DNA of 64,000 nucleotides from Antechinus flavipes (lineage: Eukaryota). Where the stretch lies: NCBI RefSeq assembly GCF_016432865.1, contig NC_067402.1, positions 103,044,001 through 103,108,000 of the forward strand, given 5' to 3'. Both the position numbers and the translations under genes were made by a program. Under the pieces are notes generated by a model that saw nothing but the letters and a program-made list of their open reading frames with translations, was not told where the DNA came from and searched no databases. Below are positions 50,025 through 63,589 of the stretch, piece after piece (the stretch's first letter is position 1; each line of letters begins with the position of its first letter).

Positions 50025-50216
50025 CAGGGGTCCTCAAACTTTTTAAATAGGGGGCCAGTTCACTGTCCCTCAGACTGTTGGAGGGCCGGATTATAGTAAA
50101 AACAAAAACTTTGTTTTGTGGGCCTTTAAATAAAGAAACTTCATCGCCCTGGGTGAGGGGGATAAACGTCCTCAGCTACTGCATCTGGCCTGTGGGCCGT
50201 AGTTTGAGGACCCCTG
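50025..50216. mobile_element. 192-bp OC1 (OposCharlie1)-type hAT MITE
   Basis: Perfect 16-bp TIRs CAGGGGTCCTCAAACT (50025-40) / AGTTTGAGGACCCCTG (50201-16). The subterminal gggggccagttcactgtccctcagactgttggagggccgg matches recalled OC1 non-autonomous elements. No 8-bp TSD visible. Confidence 0.8.
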
Positions 50217-51689
50217 TGAGAGCCTTGTGGTTTCTTGGGTATCACCTGACCCTACTCTGCATCAATTTTCATATCTGCAAAATAAGGATAATGATAGCAT
50301 CGATCTCCCAGGGAGCACCAAATGATACTGAATCTGTACAGTATTTTGTAAATCTTAAGTCCTTTATAAATTCTAACTATAATTATTGTAGTTGAAATGG
50401 GTTGGCGAAATAGATCATTAGTAAAGCAAAAGATCAGAATCAACATTTATCCTGGAAAATTTAGGAATGCTGTGAGGGTGAAATGAGAGGATAAATGTCA
50501 GGAATTCAAAACCATGCAATTATCAATGAAATAAAAAAATGTTAGTTGTTGCTATTGTTGTTAATTATATAAGAATATTTTAGTCTTACATCATCAAGCT
50601 CTATGCCCAAATACAACCAAAACAAATGATAATTGTGTGTTAATATATATAGATGGGGCAGCTAAATAACACAATGGATACACCATCCTATACAACTGAA
50701 AAAAAAAATTGGACAAAGAAACTCATCTACAGGGTGCAGTGGATATAGAGTATTGGGCCTGGAGTCAGAAAGACTCCTCTTTCTGAGTTCAAATCCAACC
50801 TGAAACACTTATTAGCTGGGGGACTCTGAGCAAATCACTTAACCCCATTTGCCTCAGTTCCTCATCTGTTTAATGAGCTGAGAAGAAAATAGCAAACCAC
50901 TCCAGTGTCTCTGCCAAGAAAACCTCAAGTGGGGTCAAGAAGAGACAGAGATGAATGAAAAACAACTCAAGAATAATAACAAACAAATGAATGAATGAGT
51001 GAATGACTAGGTAAATAAAAATTTACTAAGTGAATGAATATATAAATAAATGAAAATTTACTAAGTGCCTTCATGTTACATGCTTATAATTAACTTATAA
51101 AAGAACAAATGAAATAGTTCATGACTTCAAGGAGTTTAGATTCAAATGGGAGCTATTTCAAGGACTGTCAACATGGAGGAAATGATAGTTGACTTATTCT
51201 GTGCTATTCAAACAGAACTAATAAGTAAATGTTTATGGGAGGAAAATAATGAAATCACAGATTTCTAATTGGATAGAACTCTAAAAGTAATCGTGTTACT
51301 CCTTCTTTTCCTAAATAAGGAAACTAAGACCTAGGAAAACTGGCTTTAATGTAAAAAGTGGAATAATCCCTGTACAGAAAGAGCTTGTACCTTCTCTTTT
51401 CTAAATAGAAGTTACCAATAATTTGAATTAGAATTTGCCACAACAGAACTTGAAGTGTACAATAAGGCTATTTTAATTATTTACAACATTAAAGGGAATC
51501 ATAGATCTATAGCTGTACATTTAATGGAAAGTCTATTGATGAGAGAAGGAGCAAGGCAATATTTTGGCTTATGGAGGGAATTGACTTAGGAATGACACTA
51601 TTTTCTCTTCCTTATTTATGGTTCTGAGTTGAGAGTTCCCTTAGAAGCAGATGGAAGAAACTAATATACTGTTGATAGGATTGTCAATT

Positions 51690-53090
51690 GGTTCAACATT
51701 AATTACAAAAAGCATTTTGAAATTACACTTAAAAGGTGACTAACATGTTTATACCCTTTGATCCAAAGATCCCACTTCTAGTCACATATCCAAAGTCTGT
51801 TGAAGCTAGAAGGAAATGTTTCATATACTAAAGAACATAAATAAGCACTTTACAAAGCACACCCAACTATTCATAATAAGATCTTTCATGGTAGCAAAAA
51901 AGAAAAGAAACCAAACTGAATTGAAAAAAAAATTGAAAAAGATACATTGTGATACAGATATGCAATGAAAGATTATCATTCCTTAAGAACCTGTGAGAAA
52001 TAATTCATTTGGACTCCTACTCTATTCCAATCAATAAATCAGTTTGCTATGATTCCATAGGAGGATCTATATTTATTAGGCCCATGGAAGAGTTCAAAAG
52101 GGATTTTGAAAAATCAAGAGAGAGAGAGGAAAAAATTGGGGAAGATAATTGGAAGTAATGCAAAAGGAAATACAAAAAGCTAATGAGAAGAATGCTGTAA
52201 AAAAGCAAAATTGGCCAAATGGGAAAAGAGGTATAAAAGCTCACTGAGAAAAATAATGTCTTAAAAATTAGAATTGAGGAAATAGAAAGTATATCTAAGT
52301 CTCTAGAACTGCGAGCTGCAAGTGGCAAGTTCACTTGCTTAATCATAGAAAGCTAACTGGAGGATCTCCACCCTTGTTTTTCCTTATTATGGTGACCAAA
52401 CCCAATGTGGAGGAGGTGACTCAATTACATGGAAAGTTCTCCAACTTCTTTTGTACCTCTGGACTGCTCTCTCTTGTCCAGCATGAACTGGTGACCGTCT
52501 AATGACCACTTAGGCAAAGTGCCCTTTATTCACCCAAGATATCCCTGCTGGTATTCCATTTCTAATTGATGCATCATTTTTGGCCCTCAAAACAAGGTCT
52601 ATCAACCAATGGGATTCTGTATTTTGTGTAGCCCTTTTGGAGTGTTGAGGTATCAAATCTAGTATCAAGTCTTTAAAAAAATGAGACCCTGGAGCAAGAT
52701 TGTGAGGAAGATCTGAAGTCCCCTTCATGAGAGGGGATCCATGGACAATTTAAAAATGGCCACTGGCCATTGGCCTGAGTCTCTCAGTACAATAAATATT
52801 AAAAATTCAGAGAAGCGGGAACACATGTAAGTAGATGAGAAGAGCAATGAGTACAATAGTACAAATGGAAAAAAGTGAAAGCATAATACTGAACTCTGTG
52901 AGATTATAATGAGCAAGCTTAATCCCAGAGAACAGATCAGAAAATGTTCCTGCCTCCCTTCTTTATAGCATAGGGGACTTTGGGCATAGAATATTGCACA
53001 TTAAACTCAGTTGATGTGCTGGTTAGTCTTGCTGAACTGCTTTCCCCCTTCCTTTCTTTTTTTAGGTCTTAATTACAAGGAATAACTATT
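51690..53090 (+). mobile_element. Old L1/HAL1-like fragments (ORF2 C-terminal, ORF1 coiled-coil and 3'UTR pieces) around a unique insert
   Basis: ataccctttgatccaaagatcccacttctagtcacatatccaaag (PFDPxIPLLGIYPK). A-rich ORF1-like stretch at 52060-52300. Confidence 0.55.
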
Positions 53091-54119
53091 TAGATGGGGC
53101 AAGGGTTCTTTACCTGGGGTCCCTAAACTTGTTTTTGAAAAACAGTTTAATAGCTGTATTTCAATATAATTGGCTTCTTTCATGATCCTACATATTTTAT
53201 TTTATACATTTAAAAGCATTATTCCAGTAAGTAGTCTATAGGTTCCCCTAGCTTGCCAAAGGGGTCCATGATATAAAAACACAAGAACCCCTGGGGTAAA
53301 AAGGGACAGATATGAAAAGGGATAGAAATGAAGGTGAGATAAAAATAAAATACAGCGAAATAAAATTATAATAAAAGAAAAAAGATAGAAGAGGTCCCAA
53401 TGGCACTTAAAAAGACAGAAGTGCTTTTGAACCTTATTTACTTCTTTTATTTTCTTTTTTAACAACAAAGATCTATGTATTATTTCTTCTTCCCTTCTAC
53501 CTACTATACAATGAATCTTTTTTCTTTGAGGAGAAGCTATATTATGTAAGGACAGCACAATGCTTTTTTGGTTTATAAAGTTAAAATTTGGAGTCTTCTG
53601 CTGAATCAACTATCTAATAAAACTAAAAAAATATATAAAAAGTCATTTTCAACAAGACTTGAAAATGTTCTAGAAGGTAGTGTCAGAGGAAAATTTGAGT
53701 AATCAAAATCAATAACACTTAGCACCAGTCCTGGAAACATTTTAGGGCTCATGAGGGAATTCATGCCTTTTAAAAACTCATATCTCATACCTGATATTGT
53801 GCAGAACTCTTGTGCAGAACCTTTTTTTCTTTTTTCTTTTCTTTCTTTTTTTTTTTTTAAAGAACTGGTATAAACTCATTTGTCTAGATTGAATGAATTT
53901 GGCCACAACCCAGATGTATGAAAATCCAAATATCTGGAGATATGTTTCAAGGCCTTTCCCCAGTGTTTGAAGAAGAGGAGAGAAGGCTCTTGTAGAAGGA
54001 GTCATCTCATTCTATAAACACATTATGAAACCTCTCTAGCAGATGGAGAACAGAAGGGTGATAAACAGTCTACTCTGAAGCATAGTTGCCGAGCTTATGT
54101 AGTCAAATCTTCCTAATAA

Positions 54120-55700
54120 AAATCTATTTCAAGAGAGAGGGATCAAAGTTGTTTTTATAGCAGTAGTACAAATCAAAACAAACAAACAGAAATATCCATA
54201 GCTACATGATTATCTCAATAGATGCAGGGAAAGTCTTTGAAAAAGTACAAGATTTATTGATATAAAAACTCCAAAAGTATTGACAAAGAAGTACTTTTGT
54301 AATCTCAAAAAAGAAATCTAAAACCAAAAGCAATCATCATATGCAATTGTGATATACACTAGAACCTTATTACAAAATAAAGTAAGGATTCCCTCTTTTC
54401 ACTCAGTCAGTCAGCCAGTAAGCATTTATTAAGCACCTACTATATGGGAGGTACTATGCTATGGGATAGAAAGAAAGGCAAAAGATTATCTCTGCTCTCA
54501 AAGAGCTCAAAATCTAATGAGGGAGAAAACAAGCAAACAACTATGTACAAACAAACTATATATAGAATAAATAGAAAATGATCAACAGAAGGAAGGCACT
54601 AGAATTAAGAGTGATTAGGAAAGGTTTCCTGGAGACAGCTAGGTTGGAGCAGTAGATAGAACACTGAGCCTGGAATTAGGAAAATCTGAGTTCAAATATG
54701 ACATCAGTCACTAGTTTGACAAATCATTAAAACTCTATTTGTCTCAGTTTCATCATCTGTAAAATGGGGATAATAATAGCATCTATTTTACAGGGTTGCT
54801 ATGAAGATTAAATGATATAATAATTGTAAAGTGCATAATACAGTACCTCACACATATTAAGCATTTTAAAATGTTAGTTATTATTATTTTAGTTATTATT
54901 AGAAAGTGGAATTTTAGCTGGGATTTGAAGGAACCAGGGAGGCCAGGAAGTGGAAATGAGCTTGGAAAGCATTCCATGGGAGACAGCCAGTCAAAATGCC
55001 CAGTGTCTTGTATGAGAACAACAAGGAGGCCACTGGAGACCATTATCACTCAATGAAAGAGTATATGGGAGGAAATAAGGTTCACAAGAAGAGTAGAAAG
55101 TTTTGGATCTGGGGTAGGTCATGAAGACTCTTGAACATCAAACAGAGGGAAGTCCCCTTTCAAATAACTATAAAATGTCTAAAATATCTGGGGTTCAAGC
55201 TATGAAAGGTTGGATAGATTTACTTGAATAGATTTTTCAATCACAAAGTGTTCCTTAAAAAAAATAAAGAGCAACTTAAATAACTAGAGGAATATTCAGT
55301 GTTCATGGTTGGGCCATTCCAATATAATAAAAATGATAGTACTAGCAGAGTTATAATTTAATGCTATACTAATCAAATTATCAAATGGATATTTTCTGGA
55401 ACTCAATAAAGCAATAAAATTCATTTGGAAAAATAAAATGTCTAAAGTGTCCTGGGGAATAATGAAAAGAGGTTGAGAGGAAGTGGAAATAATAACAGTT
55501 TCAGACCTCAAACTATATCATAAAACAGCAATCATCATAACCATCTGGTATTGGTTAAAAAACAGAGTGATAGATCAGTGGAATAGGCTAAACAAGGGAG
55601 AATCAGAAACAATGGTGCTCAATAGCCCAGAATGCAATAAAATGGAAAACATAAATTACTTACGAAAGAACTCATATTTAAATAGAGAGAGGCCAGCTGA
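54120..55700 (+). mobile_element. Old L1 ORF2 RT fragments (about 54120-54400 and 55150-55700) with nested L2 and MIR
   Basis: YMIISIDAGKVFEK (HMIISIDAEKAFDK equivalent), KYLG, DLKLYHKTAIIITIWYWLKNRVIDQWNR. Confidence 0.8.
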
Positions 55701-58700
55701 ACAAGGCTTAACTGTATGAATATATTAAAACTAAAGACAGATATATAGTAATGTCCAAAGAAGAGAAGAATAATTAGGAAATTCACAAATCTTGTTTCTG
55801 TTTATATTTCTAACCTCAAGGCTAATTATAGGCTTAAAAGCAATGCTTTCTGTTTTGATTAAAGCTATGAATTCATGAACAGATTTGATGAATTTATAGT
55901 TCTGATGTAAAAGCAAAGTCTTATAACTGAGGTATCACTGTAAAGTAACGTGAGCACCTCCCCAAGCCATGTACTATAATTTATAGTCATGCCAGATACT
56001 TGTGAAATGCAAACATATTTCCACTTACTCAAAGCAGAAGCTTTTGAACAAATTAATAGCCTTGGGAATAATAATATATAGAGAAGCACAATTTATAAAT
56101 GTGCTGGTTATTTTCTCCTGTTGTGGACATTAGCTAGAGTTCAGTCTTTTGCTATAAAATATGTAGTATTTTTTTTCATCTAACGCTGTGAACCATAAAT
56201 CTAACCATAGTAAATATCTTCCTTCCAGCTGTGGTGTGACAACCAGACCATTGCTTTGTCACCTTCACTTTGAAATGGAAAAATACAAACAAGTCCCACT
56301 TCTTTATCTGATAGATGAAGAGATCATTATATTTGATTAGTTCTCTAGGTACAAGAGAAATGAGTCAGAATAAAAACATTTAAGGATGTCATTAGGTGCC
56401 CTTGTGGAAAAATAGGAATGTAATGGGACAGAGATTTTCAAAAGAGTTTACATTGGTTCAATAGGAGCAGCTAGATGACTCATTTGAAATACTTGGGCTT
56501 GGAATCAGGAAGACACATCTTCCTGAGTTCAAATCTGACCTCAGACACTTACTGAATGATCCTGGGCAGGTCCCCTAACATAGTTTGCCTCAGTTTCCTT
56601 ATCTGTGAAATGAGCTAGAGAAAAAATTAGCAAACCATTCCAGTGTCTTTGCCAAGAAAATCCCATTTGAGTTCATGAAGAGAGAGGAATAATTGAAAAT
56701 GACTATAGTAACAAGCTGTTGTGAGATAAAAGATGGGAAAGCATTTTCCATTATGAATCCTAAAGTGTCATGCAAATACTATATTATTACTGTTATTTAC
56801 TTTTCTCACTATACTATCTTATTATTTACATTTGTCATATTTCATAGCAAAATACATGATGCATATCATTTCCCTTCCATACCCAGCAACTCAATTGGCT
56901 GGTGGGGAACATTTTCTCCTCCCCTAACAAAAAGACTCACCTAACCTGTGCTTAATTGTACCCTCAATTTCCATCACCTATCCAACATTGGATATCATTG
57001 AAGGGCCTGCAAGATAACTTTTGAATGGAAAGACCACTGAATGTGCACCAGGAAGCCATGTTTGTACCCTGGATCTACCCACTTAGTAGCTCTGTAACCT
57101 TAGGAAAACTCACTTTATCTCTTCTTTTTTTTCTTGTCCACAAAATGAGAGGGTCAAAGTAGAATGAGGGTGCTAAACTCAAAATAGCAATGGACCTACT
57201 AAATTTTATATAAGGACCGTTTAAATGACTTTTGATTTAGAAAACTATGTATTAACATTATTTCTGTTCTATTGTGTATGTATATTTTTATGTTATATTT
57301 GCTTGTTTATATATTTATATAAACTTATAAATATATGTGTATAATATACATTTATATTTATATTTAAATATTTCCCAATTACAGTTTAATCTGGTTTGGG
57401 CCCAATGTAGTACCTGACACTTCTACGTGGATAATTCAATAGTAAAAAAAAAAGGGGGGGGGGTCATATTGCCTCTACTCCTATGTATTCTATAGTAGAA
57501 GATAACAGTAAGAAATTGTATCCAAATAAAAATAACCCAGTGTCAAAATACTAGATAATAAAGATTCTATAAATGCTAAGTATTTTGATGTGGGGTCAAA
57601 TATAATTTGTGAAAAAAATTTCAGAAAACAAGCCCAAGATGAATCTTAGGAATTTAGCTGAACGAGCCAGAGATAAGTAGATTTATGAAGGAGATAGCAA
57701 GAATCATCACATTAATTCAAATCTATGGTCTATTCCATATATGGGAGAACCTGGTAGTCCTTCTCCTTGGCATTTTCTTCAAAAGATATGGTGTCCAAGA
57801 TTAGGAAAATGAATCCATGAGTCGCTCAGAGCAACATCTGATGCTAAAGAGCCATGTTGAAGAGGCAAGCCTATGCTCTATCAGTCATATCCATAAATTT
57901 AGTTACTAATTATGTAATGAACCAAGTCGGTAATCTGATCTTGCAGAGGGAGACACTTGGGACTGTCAACAAATGGAAAGTGGTTTTTCCATTATTTTAC
58001 AGCATGATTTATCAGAAGAGGCAGCCAGGTAGAGTGGATAAAGAGCTGGCCTTGGACTTAGGAACATCTGGGTTGAAGTCCTGTCTCTGACAACTGGCTG
58101 TATAACCCTGGGCAAACTCAATGAATCTCTCAGTGCTACAGGAAGTCTCTAAGACTACAAAATGCAAAGATGGTGGCAATTTGCATTGGAAGGAGCTCCC
58201 CATACTGATGAAATTATAGATTGGATTAAAAAGGAAATTTATCTGACTAATACACTTAGATTTTTCCAAAATAAAAAGGGACATAGATTCTTTGAACATA
58301 ATATGTGATCAATAAATGCATGTTGAATGAATGCATCTACAAAAATGTGCAGGATCACTGAACACTTAAACAAACATTACCTATTGGGGAAATGGCAACA
58401 CAGTTTGTGTAAGGGAAAATCATGGCTTATTCAAGTGCAAGAGTTCTTTGAGCCAGTAAATAAGCAAATGGACAAGAAAAAGGATTTACTTTGATTTTTG
58501 AAACATTAAAGAAATTCCACACTGATGGCTGCTTTTTAAACAAATTACTGTGGGTTTGGAAAATCTTTTATCACAGACAGGAAATTAGCTTGACTTGGAA
58601 CATTCTGAATTATAAACACTGTGGCCTGGGACAGTTTACTTTCAGGCAGCTTGGTGAATCCTGAACTTGGAAAACCTGAGTTCAAATCTTGCCTCAAACA

Positions 58701-59654
58701 CAATCTGTGATCCTGAGCAAATCCCTTATTCTCAGTTTAAGATTCCTCAACTATAAAATGGGGATAATAAAAGCACCTTAATGACATAGCAGGTTATTGT
58801 CAGCACCAAATAAGATAGCTTTGAACGGCCTTTGTAAACCTTAAAGCATTACATAAATAAATGGTAGTTGAGGGTAGCTGGGTGATATAATTGTTAGAAC
58901 ACTGGACCTGAGTTTAAAAGTAATCTTAGAGACGTCCTATGTGATCCTGAGCAAATCACTTAACATAGTTTGCCTCAGTTTCCTCATTTATAAAATGAAC
59001 TGGAGAAGGAAATGGCAAGCTGTGTAGTATCTTTGCCAAGAAAACCCCAAAGGAGGTCACAAAGAGTCAGACATGACTGAAAAATAAAAAATGATAGTTG
59101 TTATTACTATTACCACCACCATTCACCACCATCACAACTATTCCTATTCCTTTCCTTTTATTTACTGCTACTATTAATAAATCTCTCGACTACAGACTAA
59201 ATCAAAGGTACCAAAATGGCCCACAACACTCTCAACTGAACTGGAACCAGACTGAGATGTAACTGAAAAATATTTAACTAAAAATAAAAAAGCAGTCAAT
59301 ATACAGCTGGCGGGGCAGGGATCTTTACAATGATTTAGTGGCCCCCCATTTCTATTTGGAGAGCTAAGTGGTACATTGGGCCTGGAGACAGGAAAACCTG
59401 AGTTCAAATTCAGCCTTAGTTATGTGACTCTGAGCAGATCACTTAACACAATTTGCCTCAGTTTCCTTATCTGTAAAAGGAGCTAGAGAAGGAAATGGCA
59501 AACTGTTCCAGTATCTTTGCAAAGTAAGCCTCAAATGGAGTATCAGATATGACTTACCAACTTCTATTTGAGTTTGGAACCACTGAAATAGACTATCTTT
59601 AAGGTCTTTTCCAAATATAATATCAATACTACCTAGTAGTTTATGGTTTTTTTT

Positions 59655-59910
59655 GATTATAGCTTTTTATTGACAAAACATATGCATGGGTAATTTACAA
59701 CATTGACCCTTGCAATATTCCAACTTTTCCCCTCCTTTCCTCCACCCCTTCCTCTAGATGGCAGGCAGTCCCATACATGTTAAGCATGTTAAAGTATATG
59801 TTAAATACAATATATGTATACATATTTATAGTTATCTTGTTGCACAAGAAAAATCAGATTTAGAAAGAAGGTAAAAATAATCTGGGAAGAAAAACAAAAA
59901 TGCAATAGCT
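59655..59910 (-). mobile_element. Young marsupial L1 3' tail
   Basis: ttatagctttttattgacaaaacatatgcatgggtaattt...ctagatggcaggcagtcccatacatg. Confidence 0.85.
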
Positions 59911-60839
59911 TATGTTTCTTTAGGTATTAAGTGTTCATACTTAAAAAAAAATCAAAGCTCCATTCATTCATAATTCCAAGTAAGACCCACTCTAAGATAA
60001 ATTTCTTAAGGGATACAGTGTTTACAACTCAGAATGCTCCATGTCTTTAAGTTTCCTTGACTCCTAAGCTCAGTTTCTGACAGGAGAGGAATAGCATAGT
60101 TATCTGAAACTGATTTAAAATCTGCCTCCCACCATCTTGCTCAAGATTGCGTAGCTTTTTAAATCTTAAGTGGATCACCAGAAACTATCTCGCTGTTTCC
60201 ATGGTCTTGGACTATCCCTTTTGTATTGTCTCATCTTCTCTGATCAACCTGATCAGTCATGTGAAGCTCAGAGCTGGTCCCACTGAGTGAGCAGCGGCAG
60301 CTGCCACAAAAATGGCTTGCTATCTAGAGTTCCATGAAACACTTAGGGCAACCTAATAGTTTGAATGCTATCTACTCATTGTACCCTTAATGACTACTAT
60401 TTGAGGAATTCTCTTCCAGTCTCTCTGCCAGGATTTATTAACTCTTTTTATGCCATAGATGGATCCCTTTCAAGAATGTTTATTTAAAATCATAATTTAA
60501 GGAAAAGCTAAATTTCAGTTGAATGTTCATGAAAATAAAGATGAATTTTCCCCTCATTCAAGATCATGGATTCCCCTGAAATTTATTCACAGTTTGGTGG
60601 ACCCAAAGCTAGAAATTTTCTCACCTTCCTCTTATAATTTGGTTCTATTCAATCCAATTCAATACACATTAATTAATCATCTTTATGTAAGATATTATTT
60701 TAAGTTCCTGGACCTCAAAGGCCTTACATTCGTTCTACTATCCTATAATGATACAATATGTATCCAGAGAAGTTTTTACAAAATACATGAGACACATTTT
60801 GGGTTCAAATTAAGTGTATGGGACAAATGAAACCCCCAG

Positions 60840-61400
60840 ATTTTCTTTTCAAACTGCTATTTGTTTTCTTATCTGGCACTTCTGTGATTGGTTTGTTAAA
60901 CTAAATATGAGTGTACATTTTTCACAATCAAATTTCATCTCTCTGGTTCCAGCCCAGCATTTCAGACCATTGAGATCATGTTGAATCTTGATTCTGTTAT
61001 CTATCACATTAGCTCTGCTTTCCAGCCTTGGGTCATCTGCAAATGTAATAAGCATGCTTTCTGTGTCTTCGTTCAAGTTATTGATAAAAATGTGGAATAG
61101 GACAGGACCAAAGAGAACATGATGGTGTTGTGAAAGACCTCGCTGATACCCCATCTACAAATCAACACTGCTTGAAAATTAATGTTTGAGTAGCTAAAAA
61201 TGCATTTAACGGCACTATTTTCCTTTCTGTGTTTTACTGTCTTGCATACAAAAAGGTCATGGGAATTTTTATCAAGTCTTTTGCAGAAACTTAGATCCAC
61301 TACCATGTCAATGACATTTCCCTTGTCCCCATCAAAAATTTCCCCATCAAAAACGTTAAGCATGATTTTATTCTTAGTGAATCCATGTTTGTACTAATGA
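60840..61400 (-). mobile_element. L3/CR1 RT fragment
   Basis: Minus ORF LFGPVLFHIFINNLNEDTESMLITFADDPRLESRANVIDNRIKIQHDLNGLKCWA (RT FADD motif). Confidence 0.88.
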
Positions 61401-62037
61401 TAATCACAATCTTTTCTATATAATGACAAGGATGCTGATGCTGGTGATGGTAGTGATGATAGGAGATGTTTGTGTAGGTGCTTCAATGTTTGAAAAGCAC
61501 TTTGCATATATTACCTCATTTGAGGCTCACAACAACCCTGTGATGTAAATAGTAAAGGTTGTATTACATTATCTTTCCTGAGCACTCAATCTATAAATTC
61601 TCATTCTTCTTGTTCCAAAACAGAACTGATAGAATAGAGTGTTGGGTTTGGAGAAAGGGGAGTTAGGTTGTATGGATCATGTATGACTTTAGGGAAATTT
61701 CTCAATCTTTCTAGACTTCAGTTGCCTTGCTGTCCTCCCTAGCTCTAAATCTCTCATTCTGTAGCTTCAAGAATGCTGTTTGAGTCATCACCAGCCCTTT
61801 TTGGTCATTTAAACATTTCCAACTCATTTCAGTTCATCCTGGGCTTTAGACTTCATAAACACAATTTTAATAAGTTTGCATGACTTTTCTGTATGTGTGT
61901 TTTTGTAACTATCCTTTTCAAATTTGAATTCATTCAAGAGCCCATATTTTAATTGAATTGAATCAGCACCAAATTAGGAAGGAAAAATGATTTGATTCAT
62001 TTAGCTCAGACTTGATACTTCAGACCATACCACATAC

Positions 62038-62134
62038 CATTCTGTTGGTGAAGTTGCTGAAGTTCTTCACCAAAACCTCTTTGATCATTTGTGGATCATA
62101 CACCACAATGTACATTTGACGGCCAAGATAGTAC
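62038..62134 (-). CDS. TBXAS1: Thromboxane A synthase 1, exon 4 equivalent (97 nt; G + [32 protein letters not shown])
   Basis: Translated by hand because the ORF track misses it. Matches recalled human [31 protein letters not shown]. Acceptor ttctcccAG at 62135-36, donor GTATGT at 62032-37. Confidence 0.96.
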
Positions 62135-63589
62135 CTGGGAGAAAAGAATTAAAATGATATTAATAAAGCAAGTAGAGCAAAAAGTCTCAGTCTGGGAGAC
62201 ATGACTGCCTTTAGAGGTAGAGGAGAAAAGGGAAAAGGGACAGTATCCAATGGTCACCAAGTCACCAAGTACATATTTCACTCCTTTTGAGTCACCACAT
62301 ACTCACACACTTTCTCAAGTAGCAGATAAAGTAAAATGTACCTGTTCTTTTCTCTGCATGGATCATAGGGTTTTAAACTCAGAGCTGGCAAGGACTTTAT
62401 TCTCTAGACTAGCTCTATTTCACAGATGAGGAGACTGAGTCACAGAGAAATAATTACAATGCAGAGACTAGCAATGAATTTGGAATCAGGGAATTTGGTT
62501 GAACCATGGCTAAGTGATCTTTGGTGAGCCTCCCATGCTCTTTGAACCTCAGTTTCTTATCTCTATATTGAACAGACTAGACTTCCTCTAAAGTTCTCCA
62601 GACCTACAAGACTAATTTGACCTTTGAGGTGTCTCATCTTTCTTTCTTTGCCTGACAGACTGTCTAAAGAGAGCATGTTAGATAGTAGACTTTAGATCTG
62701 AATCTAAACTCAGCTAATAAGTAGTAGGGACAAGCCCATGACAGCCCATGTGAAGGGAAAAGTCCAAGATGGTTTTCCTATGTGATCCAGAAAGAACAGC
62801 AAGCTGGAAAGTCTCCTCTGAAATGTGAGCAAGTCCTTAAAAATCTGTTTTAAAATACAGATCTGCTTCGAATAATACTTTTTACTTCCTCTAGGGTCTT
62901 CCTTTATCCCCTTCCTTTATATATTGAGTCCACTGGGATAGGATGTACCCAAACTGGATTTCTCAGGAAGAAATTCTACTTGGGTTTTCCAGGCTTGCTC
63001 CATCAAAGTGCTATGGTGGAAAAATTACTGGGCTGGGGTCTGGGTTCCAAAGCTTTGTCCTTTCCCTAATTATCCAGTCACATCATTTCTCTATATGTCA
63101 GTTTCCCCATTTATATAAAAAGAGTACTGGACAAGACAATCTCTGTGGTTCCTTCTGGAGCGGTGAGTCTCATTTGACTTTCTGGACCTCTCACCTGTTA
63201 GCATGACAGACTCCTTACATATAGGACAGTAGGTGACAGACCCTTTTTCATTCCACAGACCCTTCTGGAAATTCTGCTTATAATTTTGTTGATCAGTACC
63301 TTGGCTAGATACTCCAGTGATTATAGCTTGGTATTAATAAAGCCATCTCTTCATTTTAGTGTAACCCAATTTACATCTTACAGAGAAACTTTTTTCTTCC
63401 TGAATGAAACAGGTAGCCTCTAAATTCCTGTTAATTCTAAATAAATTCATAAGTTCTAAATTCCTATATAATGATATAAATCATTATATTAATAGGTCAT
63501 ACTAGTCACAAGAAGACTATGCAAGAGAGTATAGAATTTAATGTAGAGAGAATATAGGATTTGTAATCAAGAGACATAGGTTCAAGTCA

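Noticed and set aside
52330-52780. Unique segment examined as a possible endogenous viral element
   Set aside because: Hand translations show no recognisable borna-, filo-, parvo- or retroviral motif. A tBLASTx search against viral proteins would settle it.
57630-57960. Coding-looking stretch considered as a Mononegavirales L remnant
   Set aside because: Only a vague resemblance, multiple stops and no catalytic motif.
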